DNA of 64,000 nucleotides from an uncultured Acidobacteriota bacterium (GCA_963843575.1 CAWJKZ010000021.1:96001-160000); one strand, 5' to 3'; positions 50,300 through 60,605 are shown, counted from the first letter of the stretch. Numbers and translations: made by a program. Notes: generated from the sequence alone by a model not told the origin.

Positions 50300-53200
50300 A
50301 TGAACCTCCAGGATATCGGACATCACGGGATACGGTCCGGGATACCACGCGTGGACGGGCGCGAGTTTCCCCTTTCCTTTGCCCAGCAGAGGTTGTGGTT
50401 TCTCGACCAGCTCGGCGAAAGTGGACCGCTCTACAACGTCCCGGTCTGCTTCCGGCTGCAAGGAATCCTCCGGACCGGGGAGCTACAACGCGCGCTCGGG
50501 GCGGTGGCAGCGCGGCACGCGACGCTCCGCACGAATTTCGTCGAGGTTGGCGGGATTCCGAGACAAGTGGTCTCCGAGCCGCGGGAGATCCCGCTGCCGC
50601 TGGTGGACCTGACGGGCCTGCCGGCGCATGAGCGTGAGAGGGAGGCCGTCCGGCTTGCCGGCCAGGAGGCTCAGCGGCGTTTCGACCTCAGCCGCGACCC
50701 GCTTTTGCGCGCCGCCGTGTTCCAGCTCGGGCCCGAGGATCACCTGCTGATCGCGAACATGCACCACATCGTGTCGGACGGGTGGTCGTTGGGCATCTTC
50801 TTTAGGGAACTCGGCGCATTCTACGAAGAGTATGTCACCGGGACACCTGCCGCCCTTGCGCCCCTGCCGATCCAGTACGCGGATTTCGCGGTCTGGCAGC
50901 GGGAGAATCTGCAGGGGGCGAGCCTGGATAAGCTGCTTTCGTACTGGAAGGGTCAGCTCGACGGCGCACCGGGGCTCTTGGAGCTCCCGACCGACCGGCC
51001 GCGTCCCGCCGTGCAGCAGTTTCTGGGCGGGTCCGTCGCCATCGAGGTGCCCCGGCCCGTGTCCAGGGCGCTGGCGGAGTTCAGCCGCCGGCACCGGGCG
51101 TCGATGTTCATGACGCTGCTCGCTGCATTCAAGCTTCTGCTGTACCGCTACAGCGGCCAGACGGACATCGTCGTCGGATCTCCCATCGCCGGGCGGAACC
51201 GCATCGAAGTCGAGTCGCTGATCGGGTTTTTTGTGAACACGCTGGTCCTGCGGAGCAAGGTCGAGGGCGCCGGGGATTTTCGCGCCCTGCTGCACCGCGT
51301 GCGCGAGACGGCACTGGAGGCCTACAACTACCAGGATCTCCCGTTCGAGAAGCTCGTGGAGGAACTCCAACCCCGCCGCGAAATGAGCCACAGCCCGCTA
51401 TTCCAGGTTATGTTCGGGTTCCAGAACGCGGCGCCGCCGCCCGCACTCCTGCAGCTAAAGGTCACGCCCCTCGAGATCCACACCGGCACTTCCAAGTTCG
51501 ACCTGATCCTGTCGCTGAGCGACGGGCCGCAGGGGCTGCAGGGAAAACTGAACTACGACGCCGGACTATTCGACGCGTCGACGGCGGCCCGGATGGCGGG
51601 ACATTACCGCAACCTGCTCGAAGCCGTCGTGGCGGTTCCGAACCACCCGGTCGGCAGGCTCGCACTCATGACTGAAGGCGAACGCCTTCAGATCGTGTCG
51701 ACGTGGAATTCGACGGAGGCCGATTTTCCGACGAACGCCTGCATCCATCAACTGTTCGAAGAACAGGCCGGGCGCACCCCCGAACGGGTCGCCGTCAACT
51801 ACGGGGACGTCCGGATCACCTACGGCAGGCTGAACGCTTGCGCCAATCAGCTGGCGCGCAAGCTCCAAGCCATGGGCGTGGGGCCGGAGGTTCTGGTCGG
51901 CATCTTCATGGAACGGTCGGCCGGCATGGTCGTCGCGCTGCTCGCGGTTCTCAAGGCCGGCGGGGCCTACGTCCCCCTGGACCCCGGCTATCCCGCCACA
52001 CGACTCTCCTTCATGATCGAGGACTCGGGCGCCCGCGTGATCCTGACCGAAGAGAAGCTGGCTCCTAACCTGCCGCCCGGGAGTGCACGGGTGCTGGTCC
52101 TGGACAAGGTGCAGGACGAGATCACGTCGCAATCCGGACATAATCTCGCTTGCGTGACCACCGGCGGCAATCTCGCGTACCTGATGTACACCTCGGGTTC
52201 GACCGGCACGCCCAAAGGGGCCGCCATCCCTCACCGGGCCGTCAATCGCCTCGTGATCCACACCGACTATGTCCAGCTCGTCCCCGACGATGTGGTGGCG
52301 CAGGTCTCGAACTGCGCGTTCGACGCGGCGATCTTCGAGATCTGGGGCGCCCTGCTGAACGGCGCCCGGCTCACGGGCATTCGCAAAGAGGATGTCCTCT
52401 CGCCGGGCAGACTTGCCGGCCTGATCGAGAGGGAGGGCGTCAGCGTCATGTTCCTGACCACGGCGCTCTTCCACCAGTTGGCGCGTGAGTCGCCGGCCGT
52501 GTTCGGGAAACTCCGATGCCTGTTGGTTGGCGGCGAGGCGGCGCAGCCCAGGTGGGTGGATGCGGTGAGCCGGGAAGGGCCTCCGGAGCAGCTGCTGAAC
52601 GTCTACGGCCCGACCGAGACCACGACCTTCGCGTCGTGGCACCGCGTGACGGCGCCGCCGGGCCGCGCGAGTTCGATACCGATAGGGAAGCCGATCGCCA
52701 ACACGCGTATCCACGTGCTTGACTGCCAGATGCAGCCGACGCCCATCGGTGTCGTCGGGGAGCTCTACATCGGTGGCCCCGGGTTGGCCCGAGGCTATCA
52801 CAACCGGCCGGACACGACGGCCGACAGGTTCGTCCCCAACCCGTATGCGCTCGAGCCGGGAGGGCGGCTCTATCGGACGGGAGACCGGGCGCGTTACCTG
52901 CCGGACGGCAGCATCGAGTTCTGTGGCCGCTCGGATCAGCAGGTTAAGATCCGTGGGTTCCGCGTGGAGCTCGAGGAGATCGAAGCCGCGGTCGCCAGGC
53001 ACCCGGATGTGAAAAGGTGTGCCGTCGTGGCCGTCCGGGACGCCTCCGGAGCCAGGCGTCTCATAGGCTACGTCGTTGGCGCTGCGCAGCACCCCCCCGC
53101 GCCCGATGACCTGCGCCACTTCGCCGGCGAGAGGCTTCCGGACTACATGGTGCCCTCGGCGTTCGTCCTGCTCGACGACCTGCCGCTGTCGCCCAATGCC

Positions 53201-54391
53201 AAGGTCGACCGTGCGGCGCTTTCCGCGCTCGCCGTCTCCGTTTCGGGTCACGACCAGACTCCGGCGCTCGACGATTTCGAGCGCCGGCTCGCCAGGATCT
53301 GGGAAGCGGTCCTACGCGTCCACCCCGTCGGCGTCCGGGACAACTTTTTTGAGCTGGGAGGCCATTCGCTTCTGGCCGTCCGGCTGATTTCGCAGATCGA
53401 GAAAGCCTTCGGCCGGCGCCTGCCGATCGCGAACGTCTTCCGGTACCCCACCCCTCAACTGCTCGCGTCGGTCCTGCGGCAACAGGAATGGGTGCTGCCC
53501 CAGTCCCTGCTTGCCCCGCTGCAGCCGCTGGGGGACCGGCCGCCTTTCTTCTGGGTCCTGGGGGACAACAGCAACGCCTTTCTGCCCCAACATCTGGGGA
53601 AGGAGCAACCGGTCTACGGTCTGATGCATCAAAGCCAGGACGGGAGACCGGCGCGGTATACCACCGTGCGGGACCTGGCGGCCCACTATCTCGGCGAAGT
53701 CCAGAGCGTGCAGGGCGAAGGCCCCTATTGGCTGGGCGGCTTTTCCTTCGGGGGTCTGGTAGCCTTCGAAATGGCTCAGCAGCTTTTGGACGAGGGGCAC
53801 CGGGTCGCGCTCCTGGTGCTGCTGGAGCCCAGCCACCCCGGGAATCAAGTCCCCCGTAAGCCGCCTATTCCTGCTCCTGCTGCCGCGACGGGCGGCCGTT
53901 TCGAACACCTGGTGCGGGAAAGCCACCGCCACCTGGGGGAGATGCGCCGGCTCGAGGTGCGAGGCCAGGCGGACTATCTCTGGTCGAGAATCGTCGCGAA
54001 GGGGAGACAGGCGGCGGCTCGCCTCAAGAAACCCAGCCGACGGGCGGCCTACAGGCTGTACCTCAAGGTCGGGCGTCCTCTACCCGGGAGCCTGCAGTCA
54101 ACCTACCTGATCGATCTCTATCACAGGGCAGCGCAGAGTTACCAGGCGCGGTCCTACGCGGGGCGCGTCGTGCTCATGGGCCGTCCGGGACACCTGCCCG
54201 ACATGGTCCTTCACTGGAGCCCGTTTACTTCCGCGCTGAAGACCTGTGACCTGCCGGGCGAGACCCACACCGACGTCGTGCGCGTCCCGGAGGCGATTAG
54301 GGAGATGTGCGGAAAGCTGAGTGCCCTGATGGAAGAGTCGCTCGAGGCCGGCATTGCTGACAAGGCCGAGCCCTTAGGGGCCCGGGGCTAG
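50300..54391 (+). CDS. Single-module NRPS (C-A-T-TE)
   Basis: LSFAQQRLWFL and HHIVSDG (C); YTSGSTGTPKG, YGPTE, YRTGD (A); FFELGGHSL (T); GFSFGG (TE). Confidence 0.95.
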   Translation: MNLQDIGHHGIRSGIPRVDGREFPLSFAQQRLWFLDQLGESGPLYNVPVCFRLQGILRTGELQRALGAVAARHATLRTNFVEVGGIPRQVVSEPREIPLPLVDLTGLPAHEREREAVRLAGQEAQRRFDLSRDPLLRAAVFQLGPEDHLLIANMHHIVSDGWSLGIFFRELGAFYEEYVTGTPAALAPLPIQYADFAVWQRENLQGASLDKLLSYWKGQLDGAPGLLELPTDRPRPAVQQFLGGSVAIEVPRPVSRALAEFSRRHRASMFMTLLAAFKLLLYRYSGQTDIVVGSPIAGRNRIEVESLIGFFVNTLVLRSKVEGAGDFRALLHRVRETALEAYNYQDLPFEKLVEELQPRREMSHSPLFQVMFGFQNAAPPPALLQLKVTPLEIHTGTSKFDLILSLSDGPQGLQGKLNYDAGLFDASTAARMAGHYRNLLEAVVAVPNHPVGRLALMTEGERLQIVSTWNSTEADFPTNACIHQLFEEQAGRTPERVAVNYGDVRITYGRLNACANQLARKLQAMGVGPEVLVGIFMERSAGMVVALLAVLKAGGAYVPLDPGYPATRLSFMIEDSGARVILTEEKLAPNLPPGSARVLVLDKVQDEITSQSGHNLACVTTGGNLAYLMYTSGSTGTPKGAAIPHRAVNRLVIHTDYVQLVPDDVVAQVSNCAFDAAIFEIWGALLNGARLTGIRKEDVLSPGRLAGLIEREGVSVMFLTTALFHQLARESPAVFGKLRCLLVGGEAAQPRWVDAVSREGPPEQLLNVYGPTETTTFASWHRVTAPPGRASSIPIGKPIANTRIHVLDCQMQPTPIGVVGELYIGGPGLARGYHNRPDTTADRFVPNPYALEPGGRLYRTGDRARYLPDGSIEFCGRSDQQVKIRGFRVELEEIEAAVARHPDVKRCAVVAVRDASGARRLIGYVVGAAQHPPAPDDLRHFAGERLPDYMVPSAFVLLDDLPLSPNAKVDRAALSALAVSVSGHDQTPALDDFERRLARIWEAVLRVHPVGVRDNFFELGGHSLLAVRLISQIEKAFGRRLPIANVFRYPTPQLLASVLRQQEWVLPQSLLAPLQPLGDRPPFFWVLGDNSNAFLPQHLGKEQPVYGLMHQSQDGRPARYTTVRDLAAHYLGEVQSVQGEGPYWLGGFSFGGLVAFEMAQQLLDEGHRVALLVLLEPSHPGNQVPRKPPIPAPAAATGGRFEHLVRESHRHLGEMRRLEVRGQADYLWSRIVAKGRQAAARLKKPSRRAAYRLYLKVGRPLPGSLQSTYLIDLYHRAAQSYQARSYAGRVVLMGRPGHLPDMVLHWSPFTSALKTCDLPGETHTDVVRVPEAIREMCGKLSALMEESLEAGIADKAEPLGARG

Positions 54392-54443
54392 CCTGGATTT
54401 GCACACCGGGCGCGCCGAACAGGGCGGTGCGCCCCGGAGGTAG

Positions 54444-54480
54444 AACTCACCTCGAAGACTCCCCAAAAATCTCGAAGACC
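54444..54480 (+). repeat. CTCGAAG repeat half-element
   Basis: AACTCACCTCGAAGACTCCCCAAAAATCTCGAAGA between the convergent NRPS genes. Confidence 0.55.
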
Positions 54481-54483
54481 CAC

Positions 54484-56373
54484 TCACCGGGCGGACCCGC
54501 CTCTGCGCCGGACGACCAGCTGCGCCAGCTCCGCGATCGTGGGCGCCTCGAACAGCGAGCTTACCGGCAGCTGCAACCCGTATTCCTCCGACATGCGAGA
54601 GATCACGCGGGTGGCCGCGATCGATTGCCCTCCCAGCTCCAGGAAGTCGTCGTCCACGCCGACGCGGTCGATCTTCAGCACTGCGCGCCAGATCTCCGCC
54701 AGTTTCTCCTCCACCGGCGTGCGCGGGGCAACGAAGGCGGTCTCCGGCAGGGGCCGGACTCCGCCTGTGGCCGCCGGGAGGGCGCGCCGGTCTATCTTGC
54801 CGTTTGCCGTCAGCGGCATGGCCGCCAAGGTAACGAAGACGGAGGGGACCATGTATTCCGGGAGCTTTGCCGCCACGGCGCGGCGCAAGCGGGAGGCCTC
54901 GGGCGGGTCTGGTCCTTCCGGGACCAGGTAAGCCGCCAGGCTCATTTCGCCGGGGCCTTCCTCGCGGCCGATCACGGCCGCCTGCCGGACGCCGTCGATC
55001 CCAAGCAGGACCGTTTCGACCTCCTCGACGTCTACACGGTGCCCGCGGATCTTGATCTGGAAATCCCTGCGGCCCACGAAGCACAGGCAGCCGTCGGAGC
55101 CGCGGCGGCCCAGGTCTCCGGTGCGATAGATCCGTCCGCCGCCATTCGGGTCGGGGAGAAAGGCCGCGTCGGTCAGGTCTGGGCGGTGCCAGTAGCGCAC
55201 CGCACCGTATCGGCTGCGGATGGCGAATTCGCCGACCTCGTCCACGCTCACGGGCCGGCGCTGCTCGTCGAGGAGCAGAACCTCCGTCCCCTCGACCGGA
55301 TAACCCGCGGGCAGGACGCTGCCCGTCAGCTCCGTTTCCCTGTCCGCGAAGATGTAGGCATAGTCGCCGAACTCGGTGCAACCCAGCGAGCTCGACAGGA
55401 TGCACCGTTCCGGGAAGTGCTTCCGATACAGCGCCACGTCGCTGCGATACACGGGCTCGCCGTAGAGGCTGATCAATCGCAGGTCGACCAGTCGCTCGTT
55501 CCCCGCGAACGTGGTGACCCAGGTCCGGAACGTCGAGACGGCGGAGCGGAATACGGTCACGCGCTCGCGTTCCAGCCACGCGCCTAGGCGAGTCAGGTCT
55601 TCGCGCCGGAGGTTGACCGGATAGTAGGTAGCTCCGTTGAGCAGGGCATACAGGTAGGACCGCATGCTGGCACGCAGCATGGCCAGCCGGTCTTCCGGGC
55701 ACATCCGGGAGATGTTCGTGAAGTGCCTGATCGCCTGCAGCACGCCCCTGTGGTCCCGGACGATTCCCTTGGGCTGTCCCGTCGATCCCGACGAGAATTC
55801 CAGGGCGATGTCTGCGTCGGCAGGGAGGCGCAGCCCGGGAGCGGTCTCCGGACAACCGTCGAGCTCTTCGATGTCGAGGACGGGCACGCCCGAGAGCTCG
55901 GCCGCAAGACCGAGGTGGCCCCGGTCGGTCACGATCAGGGCCGCGCCCGACGCAGTCAGGCTGTAGTCGAGACGGGCGCGCGGGAAGGTGCTCTCCAGCG
56001 GGACCTGGACCCGGCCCGCTTTCAGGGCTGCCAGCGAAGCCACGACATAAGGGGCGCCGTTTTCGAACAGGAGGGCCACGGGTTCCGTGCTCGAGCCCGC
56101 GCGTCCCATGATGGCGTGCGCCACCCTGTTGGCGGCGCGATCCAGTTCGGCATAGGTCAGCTCGCGGGTGGGGGTCTTTACCGCCGGCCTGTCGGCGTGC
56201 AGGCGCACCGTCTTCTCGAAGCGTTCGACAATCGACTGCTCGACGTCCTCTTCCCGGAATTCCGAGAAGACTCCGGACGGGTGGACGCACCGGTTTTGGA
56301 TTGACCGCTGCAGGGCGGCCGCCTCGTTATTGCTTTCGTAACTCTGGTTCATGGGACGACTGCATTCCTCCAT
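54484..56373 (-). CDS. Stand-alone NRPS-like A-T didomain with atypical substrate pocket
   Basis: FSSGSTGQPKG, SSLGCTE, YRTGDLG, KIRGHRV, NGKIDR; T domain FLELGGQSI. Confidence 0.9.
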   Translation of the reverse strand: MEECSRPMNQSYESNNEAAALQRSIQNRCVHPSGVFSEFREEDVEQSIVERFEKTVRLHADRPAVKTPTRELTYAELDRAANRVAHAIMGRAGSSTEPVALLFENGAPYVVASLAALKAGRVQVPLESTFPRARLDYSLTASGAALIVTDRGHLGLAAELSGVPVLDIEELDGCPETAPGLRLPADADIALEFSSGSTGQPKGIVRDHRGVLQAIRHFTNISRMCPEDRLAMLRASMRSYLYALLNGATYYPVNLRREDLTRLGAWLERERVTVFRSAVSTFRTWVTTFAGNERLVDLRLISLYGEPVYRSDVALYRKHFPERCILSSSLGCTEFGDYAYIFADRETELTGSVLPAGYPVEGTEVLLLDEQRRPVSVDEVGEFAIRSRYGAVRYWHRPDLTDAAFLPDPNGGGRIYRTGDLGRRGSDGCLCFVGRRDFQIKIRGHRVDVEEVETVLLGIDGVRQAAVIGREEGPGEMSLAAYLVPEGPDPPEASRLRRAVAAKLPEYMVPSVFVTLAAMPLTANGKIDRRALPAATGGVRPLPETAFVAPRTPVEEKLAEIWRAVLKIDRVGVDDDFLELGGQSIAATRVISRMSEEYGLQLPVSSLFEAPTIAELAQLVVRRRGGSAR

Positions 56374-56382
56374 GGGCGGATT

Positions 56383-57321
56383 CTACCCGTCCTCGTTCCT
56401 GGAGCGGAAGTAGCGTTTGACGTGCTCGTGCAGCTCCGGTTTTTCAGAATTCCAACGCCAACAGCCCTCCGGGCTCAACGCGATGTCAACGTAGGGGTCG
56501 AACCGGTACCCGGCGATGTCCTGGTAGCGGCGCTCGTATTTCCGGTTGGCCCGTTCGCCGTGCCACAGGTGAAACACGCGCCCTGCGGCCCAGCCGACCC
56601 GGCCACGCACCGAGTCGAAGAACGGCCGCGCCCACGCCCGGTAGTGCCGTGCCTGCGCTTCGGTGAACGATCTGAGGCCTGTGTAGTGATCGAACAGGCC
56701 GTAGGAGGCGCAGACGACGGCCTGGTCGCCGCTCCCAAGGATGGAGGCGTCATACAGCCCGTGCCGGTCGAGGAGATCCCTCCGGGCCGCCCAGGCCAGC
56801 CCGTTACCACAGCCGCTGCGCAGGACGGAGTTCGGCACGAACATATCTTCGGGGAGCGCATTCAGTTCGCGGATCTTGTAGATAGACGACATGGCCGTGG
56901 GCGGGACGTCGGCTGGAGGGAATCCGGCGCCGTCATAATCCCTGGGCAGATCCAGCCGGGCCTGAAACAAATGGACCAGCGCGTGTCTCTGCAGCCCTTC
57001 CAGGGCGAGCAGCGGCCAGTCGGGCCGCTCGAACAGGACGTCGCAGTCGAGCCAGGCGACGCTCGCGCAATCGCGGGGCAGCGCGCCGAGCGCGAGGTTC
57101 AGGAGCCGCTCCTTCTGGAACATGATGTCGCCTTCGCATAGCTGGATCAGGCTGTCGGCGTCCCCGGGTTGAAGCTCGAGGCCGTCGAAGCCGAGTTCGA
57201 CCGTAACCAGGGGCACGCCGAGCCGCTCGCGGAAAATGCGGTAGTTTTCACGCCGGCGGCGGTATCCGGCTGGATTGAAATAGCACGTAATGGCCCAGAG
57301 CTGCCCGGCATCGCCCGTCAT
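56383..57321 (-). CDS. Putative GT-A-fold glycosyltransferase-like protein
   Basis: ITCYFNP, FQKERLLNL, DxD motif in AWLDCDVLF, LGSGD, VFHLWHG. Confidence 0.65.
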   Translation of the reverse strand: MTGDAGQLWAITCYFNPAGYRRRRENYRIFRERLGVPLVTVELGFDGLELQPGDADSLIQLCEGDIMFQKERLLNLALGALPRDCASVAWLDCDVLFERPDWPLLALEGLQRHALVHLFQARLDLPRDYDGAGFPPADVPPTAMSSIYKIRELNALPEDMFVPNSVLRSGCGNGLAWAARRDLLDRHGLYDASILGSGDQAVVCASYGLFDHYTGLRSFTEAQARHYRAWARPFFDSVRGRVGWAAGRVFHLWHGERANRKYERRYQDIAGYRFDPYVDIALSPEGCWRWNSEKPELHEHVKRYFRSRNEDG

Positions 57322-57446
57322 GGTTGCCCCTCCTGTCGGCCGGGCCGCTGAGAGAACGGCCGCCCGACCCCGTGTGACTCATCTGCTTTACTCATCGGAC
57401 GGATTCAGCTTGTCCCTCAGTACCGAACGGACCGGCCCGACCATCG

Positions 57447-59078
57447 TCAGGACCAGCGGGTCCAGTCGCGTGTGACGAGCACGTAAACGGCGATCAGCGT
57501 ATTCGTGACCGCGTGAGCCTGTATCGCGTCGGAGGTTTTCCCCCTGAGACAAAACGCCCAGCCAAACAGCAATCCCGCCAGCGTGCCCGGCAGCCAGTTG
57601 CGGCCGTGGACGGCTCCAAACAAGAGAGACGAAATCACAAATGAATAAAGCGGTATCCGGCCGGCCTGGACCTCCAGGAACCGGGCCGACACGAACCGCC
57701 GGAGCAGGTAGCCGCGAAACGCGAGTTCTTCTGCGACCGGGGTCGCGACGACGTATCCCAGCACCCTGAACGAAACCCAGAAGGCTGACCACACGGTCGG
57801 GATCTGACTCAGGCTGTCGGCCGTGTCCGCGTTCCCGGAACCCCCCCGGCGAGCCACGAGCAGCCACAGGACTGCCGCAACCGTTCCGAGCGCAGCGGCC
57901 GGCCAGGACCACGACCAGCGTGCCCGGCCATACGATGCCCGAAAGAACCACAGCACCCCCGCGATTGCGACGACGCGCACCGGGTACAGCCAGTCGAAGC
58001 CTGCCGAAACCGCCGTGGTCACCATCCCGGCGGCGACGCCGGCCATCAGCGGCGCCAGATAAGCCGCCGAGGGGCTCGACCTGAACGTCCCCGCGGGCGG
58101 TCCCGTGGTCCTTGTGAAGAATCTCATCCGCCCGGCGCCGACGATGAGCCCCAGGGCCACCGCGTTGAAGGCCAGCCACCCGGCCTGGGAATGGAACCCC
58201 CCCATCGCCACTTCCGCCGAAACACGGGTGCCGAGGACGATCAGGGAGGCTAGACGAAAAGCGTTGGTGACCCACATCGACGCGAGGCCTATCGGGAACA
58301 GCAGGAACGCCTGGGGAAAACGAAACTCGTCCCGGTACATCCCCAGATAGACGGCGAGAAAGATCGAGACGAGCCCCATCCCCTCGAATCCCGAGCACGA
58401 CACCCCCACAATGACCTTGAAACCGGCCGTGCCGAGGGTCCTGGTCAGCGGATCGCAGACAAGATCGGGATACAGCGGATGCAGCAGCCAGTAAACACTC
58501 TGGAACGTGTACCCGGCGAGGGATTGCCAGAGTTGCCCCAAGCGCGCCTCGGCGATATATGCCGCGCTCCCGATCGCCAGACCGCCGATCGATTCCCACC
58601 TGAAGCCCCCGAACAGCCGGGACCAGAAGTCAGGGGGAAAGACAATCAGGCACCAAGAGCCGAAAGCCGCGGTTCCGGCCAGAACCCACAGGATTACCCG
58701 CAGGACCGGCGGACCGGCTGGATGCGATCCTCCCTCGACGACCACGCGCGTCATCCAGACGAACGCTCCGAAGAGGGCAATGTGGACCAAGAGGATCAGA
58801 AACAGTCGGGTCCATTCCCGCCTCCTCTCGAGAGTCGGCTTCACCTCCGCCCAAAGTCTCCTGCCGCCGAACAGCAGCAGCGATGTCGCCACCGAGGGAA
58901 CCAGGATCTGCACGAATCCCGGCAGGTAGGTCGAGTAGTAGATCAGCCTGGCCACCAAGGAGTCGCCGTCCCCAGGCGCAGGGACGCTGAACCAGAGTTG
59001 GAGCGCCGCGACTTCGACGAACAGCAGCAGAAGCGCCCCGCCCCACTTGATGATCTGTCCAGCTGCTTTAATCTGCAT
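57447..59078 (-). CDS. xrtE: Exosortase E / CPBP (CAAX) protease fusion, VPEID-CTERM system
   Basis: Exosortase Cys-Arg-His in SCSGFEG, NAFRL and FHSQAGW; CPBP motifs PVAEELAFRG, FGAVH and AHAVTN. Confidence 0.88.
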   Translation of the reverse strand: MQIKAAGQIIKWGGALLLLFVEVAALQLWFSVPAPGDGDSLVARLIYYSTYLPGFVQILVPSVATSLLLFGGRRLWAEVKPTLERRREWTRLFLILLVHIALFGAFVWMTRVVVEGGSHPAGPPVLRVILWVLAGTAAFGSWCLIVFPPDFWSRLFGGFRWESIGGLAIGSAAYIAEARLGQLWQSLAGYTFQSVYWLLHPLYPDLVCDPLTRTLGTAGFKVIVGVSCSGFEGMGLVSIFLAVYLGMYRDEFRFPQAFLLFPIGLASMWVTNAFRLASLIVLGTRVSAEVAMGGFHSQAGWLAFNAVALGLIVGAGRMRFFTRTTGPPAGTFRSSPSAAYLAPLMAGVAAGMVTTAVSAGFDWLYPVRVVAIAGVLWFFRASYGRARWSWSWPAAALGTVAAVLWLLVARRGGSGNADTADSLSQIPTVWSAFWVSFRVLGYVVATPVAEELAFRGYLLRRFVSARFLEVQAGRIPLYSFVISSLLFGAVHGRNWLPGTLAGLLFGWAFCLRGKTSDAIQAHAVTNTLIAVYVLVTRDWTRWS

Positions 59079-59123
59079 CGGCCGGTCGCCGTGCCTCGGG
59101 TGCTCCAAGTCCCGCAGGCGAAA

Positions 59124-59168
59124 CACTCACTTTGGAGGCTCCAGGAACTCGAGGGATCTCAAAGGATC
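59124..59168 (+). repeat. CTCGAAG repeat half-element (degenerate)
   Basis: CACTCACTTTGGAGGCTCCAGGAACTCGAGGGATCTCAAAGGATCT. Confidence 0.55.
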
Positions 59169-59274
59169 TGGGGTTTTTTGGGGCAGGAATTGAATTGGCA
59201 GACAAAAGACCGGCACCCAATGTGGCCGTAAACAGAACTACACTCCGGGTTGCCTGGGAACCACAGGTTTGAGT

Positions 59275-59547
59275 CTATCGCTGGCGCTTGCGATCCCTGA
59301 AGATCATGAGGCCGCCCGCCAGCAGCGTAAGCGCACTCGCCAGCAACCCGGGATCGAGTTCGGGAGCGTGAGCGGCCGACCCCGCGTCCTTGCCGTTAAT
59401 GCCGTAAGCATTCCCGTTCGGGTTGGGGTTTCCCGGCGGATTCGCCTTGCCCGGGTCCGCCAGAGCCGTGGACGCCAGGAGCGCCAGCACAAAGAGGATG
59501 CCACAGACGAGCGACGGCCTCCTCTTTGTTCGAGATGCGCAATGCAT
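59275..59547 (-). CDS. Small secreted protein with VPEID-CTERM-like sorting signal
   Basis: AAGGAG RBS; signal peptide; Asn/Gly/Pro-rich core; APELDPG, TM helix and RDRKRQR basic tail. Confidence 0.85.
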   Translation of the reverse strand: MHCASRTKRRPSLVCGILFVLALLASTALADPGKANPPGNPNPNGNAYGINGKDAGSAAHAPELDPGLLASALTLLAGGLMIFRDRKRQR

Positions 59548-59846
59548 GTGGTGACTCCTTCGATTGGAGTGTGATTCCCGCTTCAACCCAGCTTCTGTCC
59601 CTCTCCGCAATGCCTGTTGTTGACAGTGGTACTCAGGGTGCCTCGAGACTATCGCAGGTGGTGGGCAGTTGGCAATGGAACTATGGTGGGAGTAGACATT
59701 GCATCCTGGAACCCCGCCGGCCGCACTGGCCAGGTCCGCTCGCCTCGGCACACCGAACGGCCTTTGCTTTGGAGTTTGGTTGTGCTTCCAGGTGAATTGT
59801 GATATTCAGAAACGCCGCTCCTCTGCATTCGCCCAGCGCCAGAGAT

Positions 59847-60605
59847 ATGCGACGAGAGTTCATTTATCCTCACCGGAGTGTGCGTTCCTTCCCTGTTTCC
59901 GGGCCGCGGCTGTACGCCGCGCTGGCGACGGCGGTTTCCCTCACGGCTCTGGTCTGTTATTTCGGCACGTCGCTGCTGGCTGCCCATGGCAACCTGTCGT
60001 CGTATCTGCTCGAAACGACGTGCGTCGCCGGTGTCGGGTCTGAGGTGGAGTCCGTGCGGGTATTTCCCTACCTGGGGAGTGCGGTGGTGCCTCGGGTACC
60101 ATTTCCGCCCAACCGGGCCAACCCGCTGCGGACGGGGATCGTGTTTGCGTCGTTCCTTTTCGGATTGATCCTGATCCACCGGCGGTTCCCGCTCAGCCGC
60201 AACTTTGTCGTTTTTCTGATGGTGCTCCTCTGTGCGGCCGCGGGGGTGATGTTCTTCAACCCCTCTTTTCATTTCGATTCCGGCATGTTCGCGCAGATCT
60301 GGTTACGCGGTGAGTTCCTGGTCTGGCTGTTGCTCCCCTGGGTTTCGGCCCTGCTTTTCATTCTGACCATGCCGTCGGTCGCGGCGGGCGTGGGCTGGGC
60401 GCTGTCGATGCAGGCGTACGCCATTTTCTGGTCCGCCCTCCGCTTCGTCTTCTGCCTGGGCGTGCTGCACTTTACCGGCATCCTGTTTTTGCCCCTGCTC
60501 TGGTTCTCCCTGGGGATATTGTTCGACATGGTCTACATCCTGACGTTTTACAGCTTGGCGCTGCAGTGGTCCATGAAGCGAGCGATGGGCGAGAGGCGGT
60601 TGTGA
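59847..60605 (+). CDS. Polytopic membrane protein of unknown function
   Basis: About 6 hydrophobic helices; stop overlaps the GTG of the GT2 gene. Confidence 0.78.
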   Translation: MRREFIYPHRSVRSFPVSGPRLYAALATAVSLTALVCYFGTSLLAAHGNLSSYLLETTCVAGVGSEVESVRVFPYLGSAVVPRVPFPPNRANPLRTGIVFASFLFGLILIHRRFPLSRNFVVFLMVLLCAAAGVMFFNPSFHFDSGMFAQIWLRGEFLVWLLLPWVSALLFILTMPSVAAGVGWALSMQAYAIFWSALRFVFCLGVLHFTGILFLPLLWFSLGILFDMVYILTFYSLALQWSMKRAMGERRL

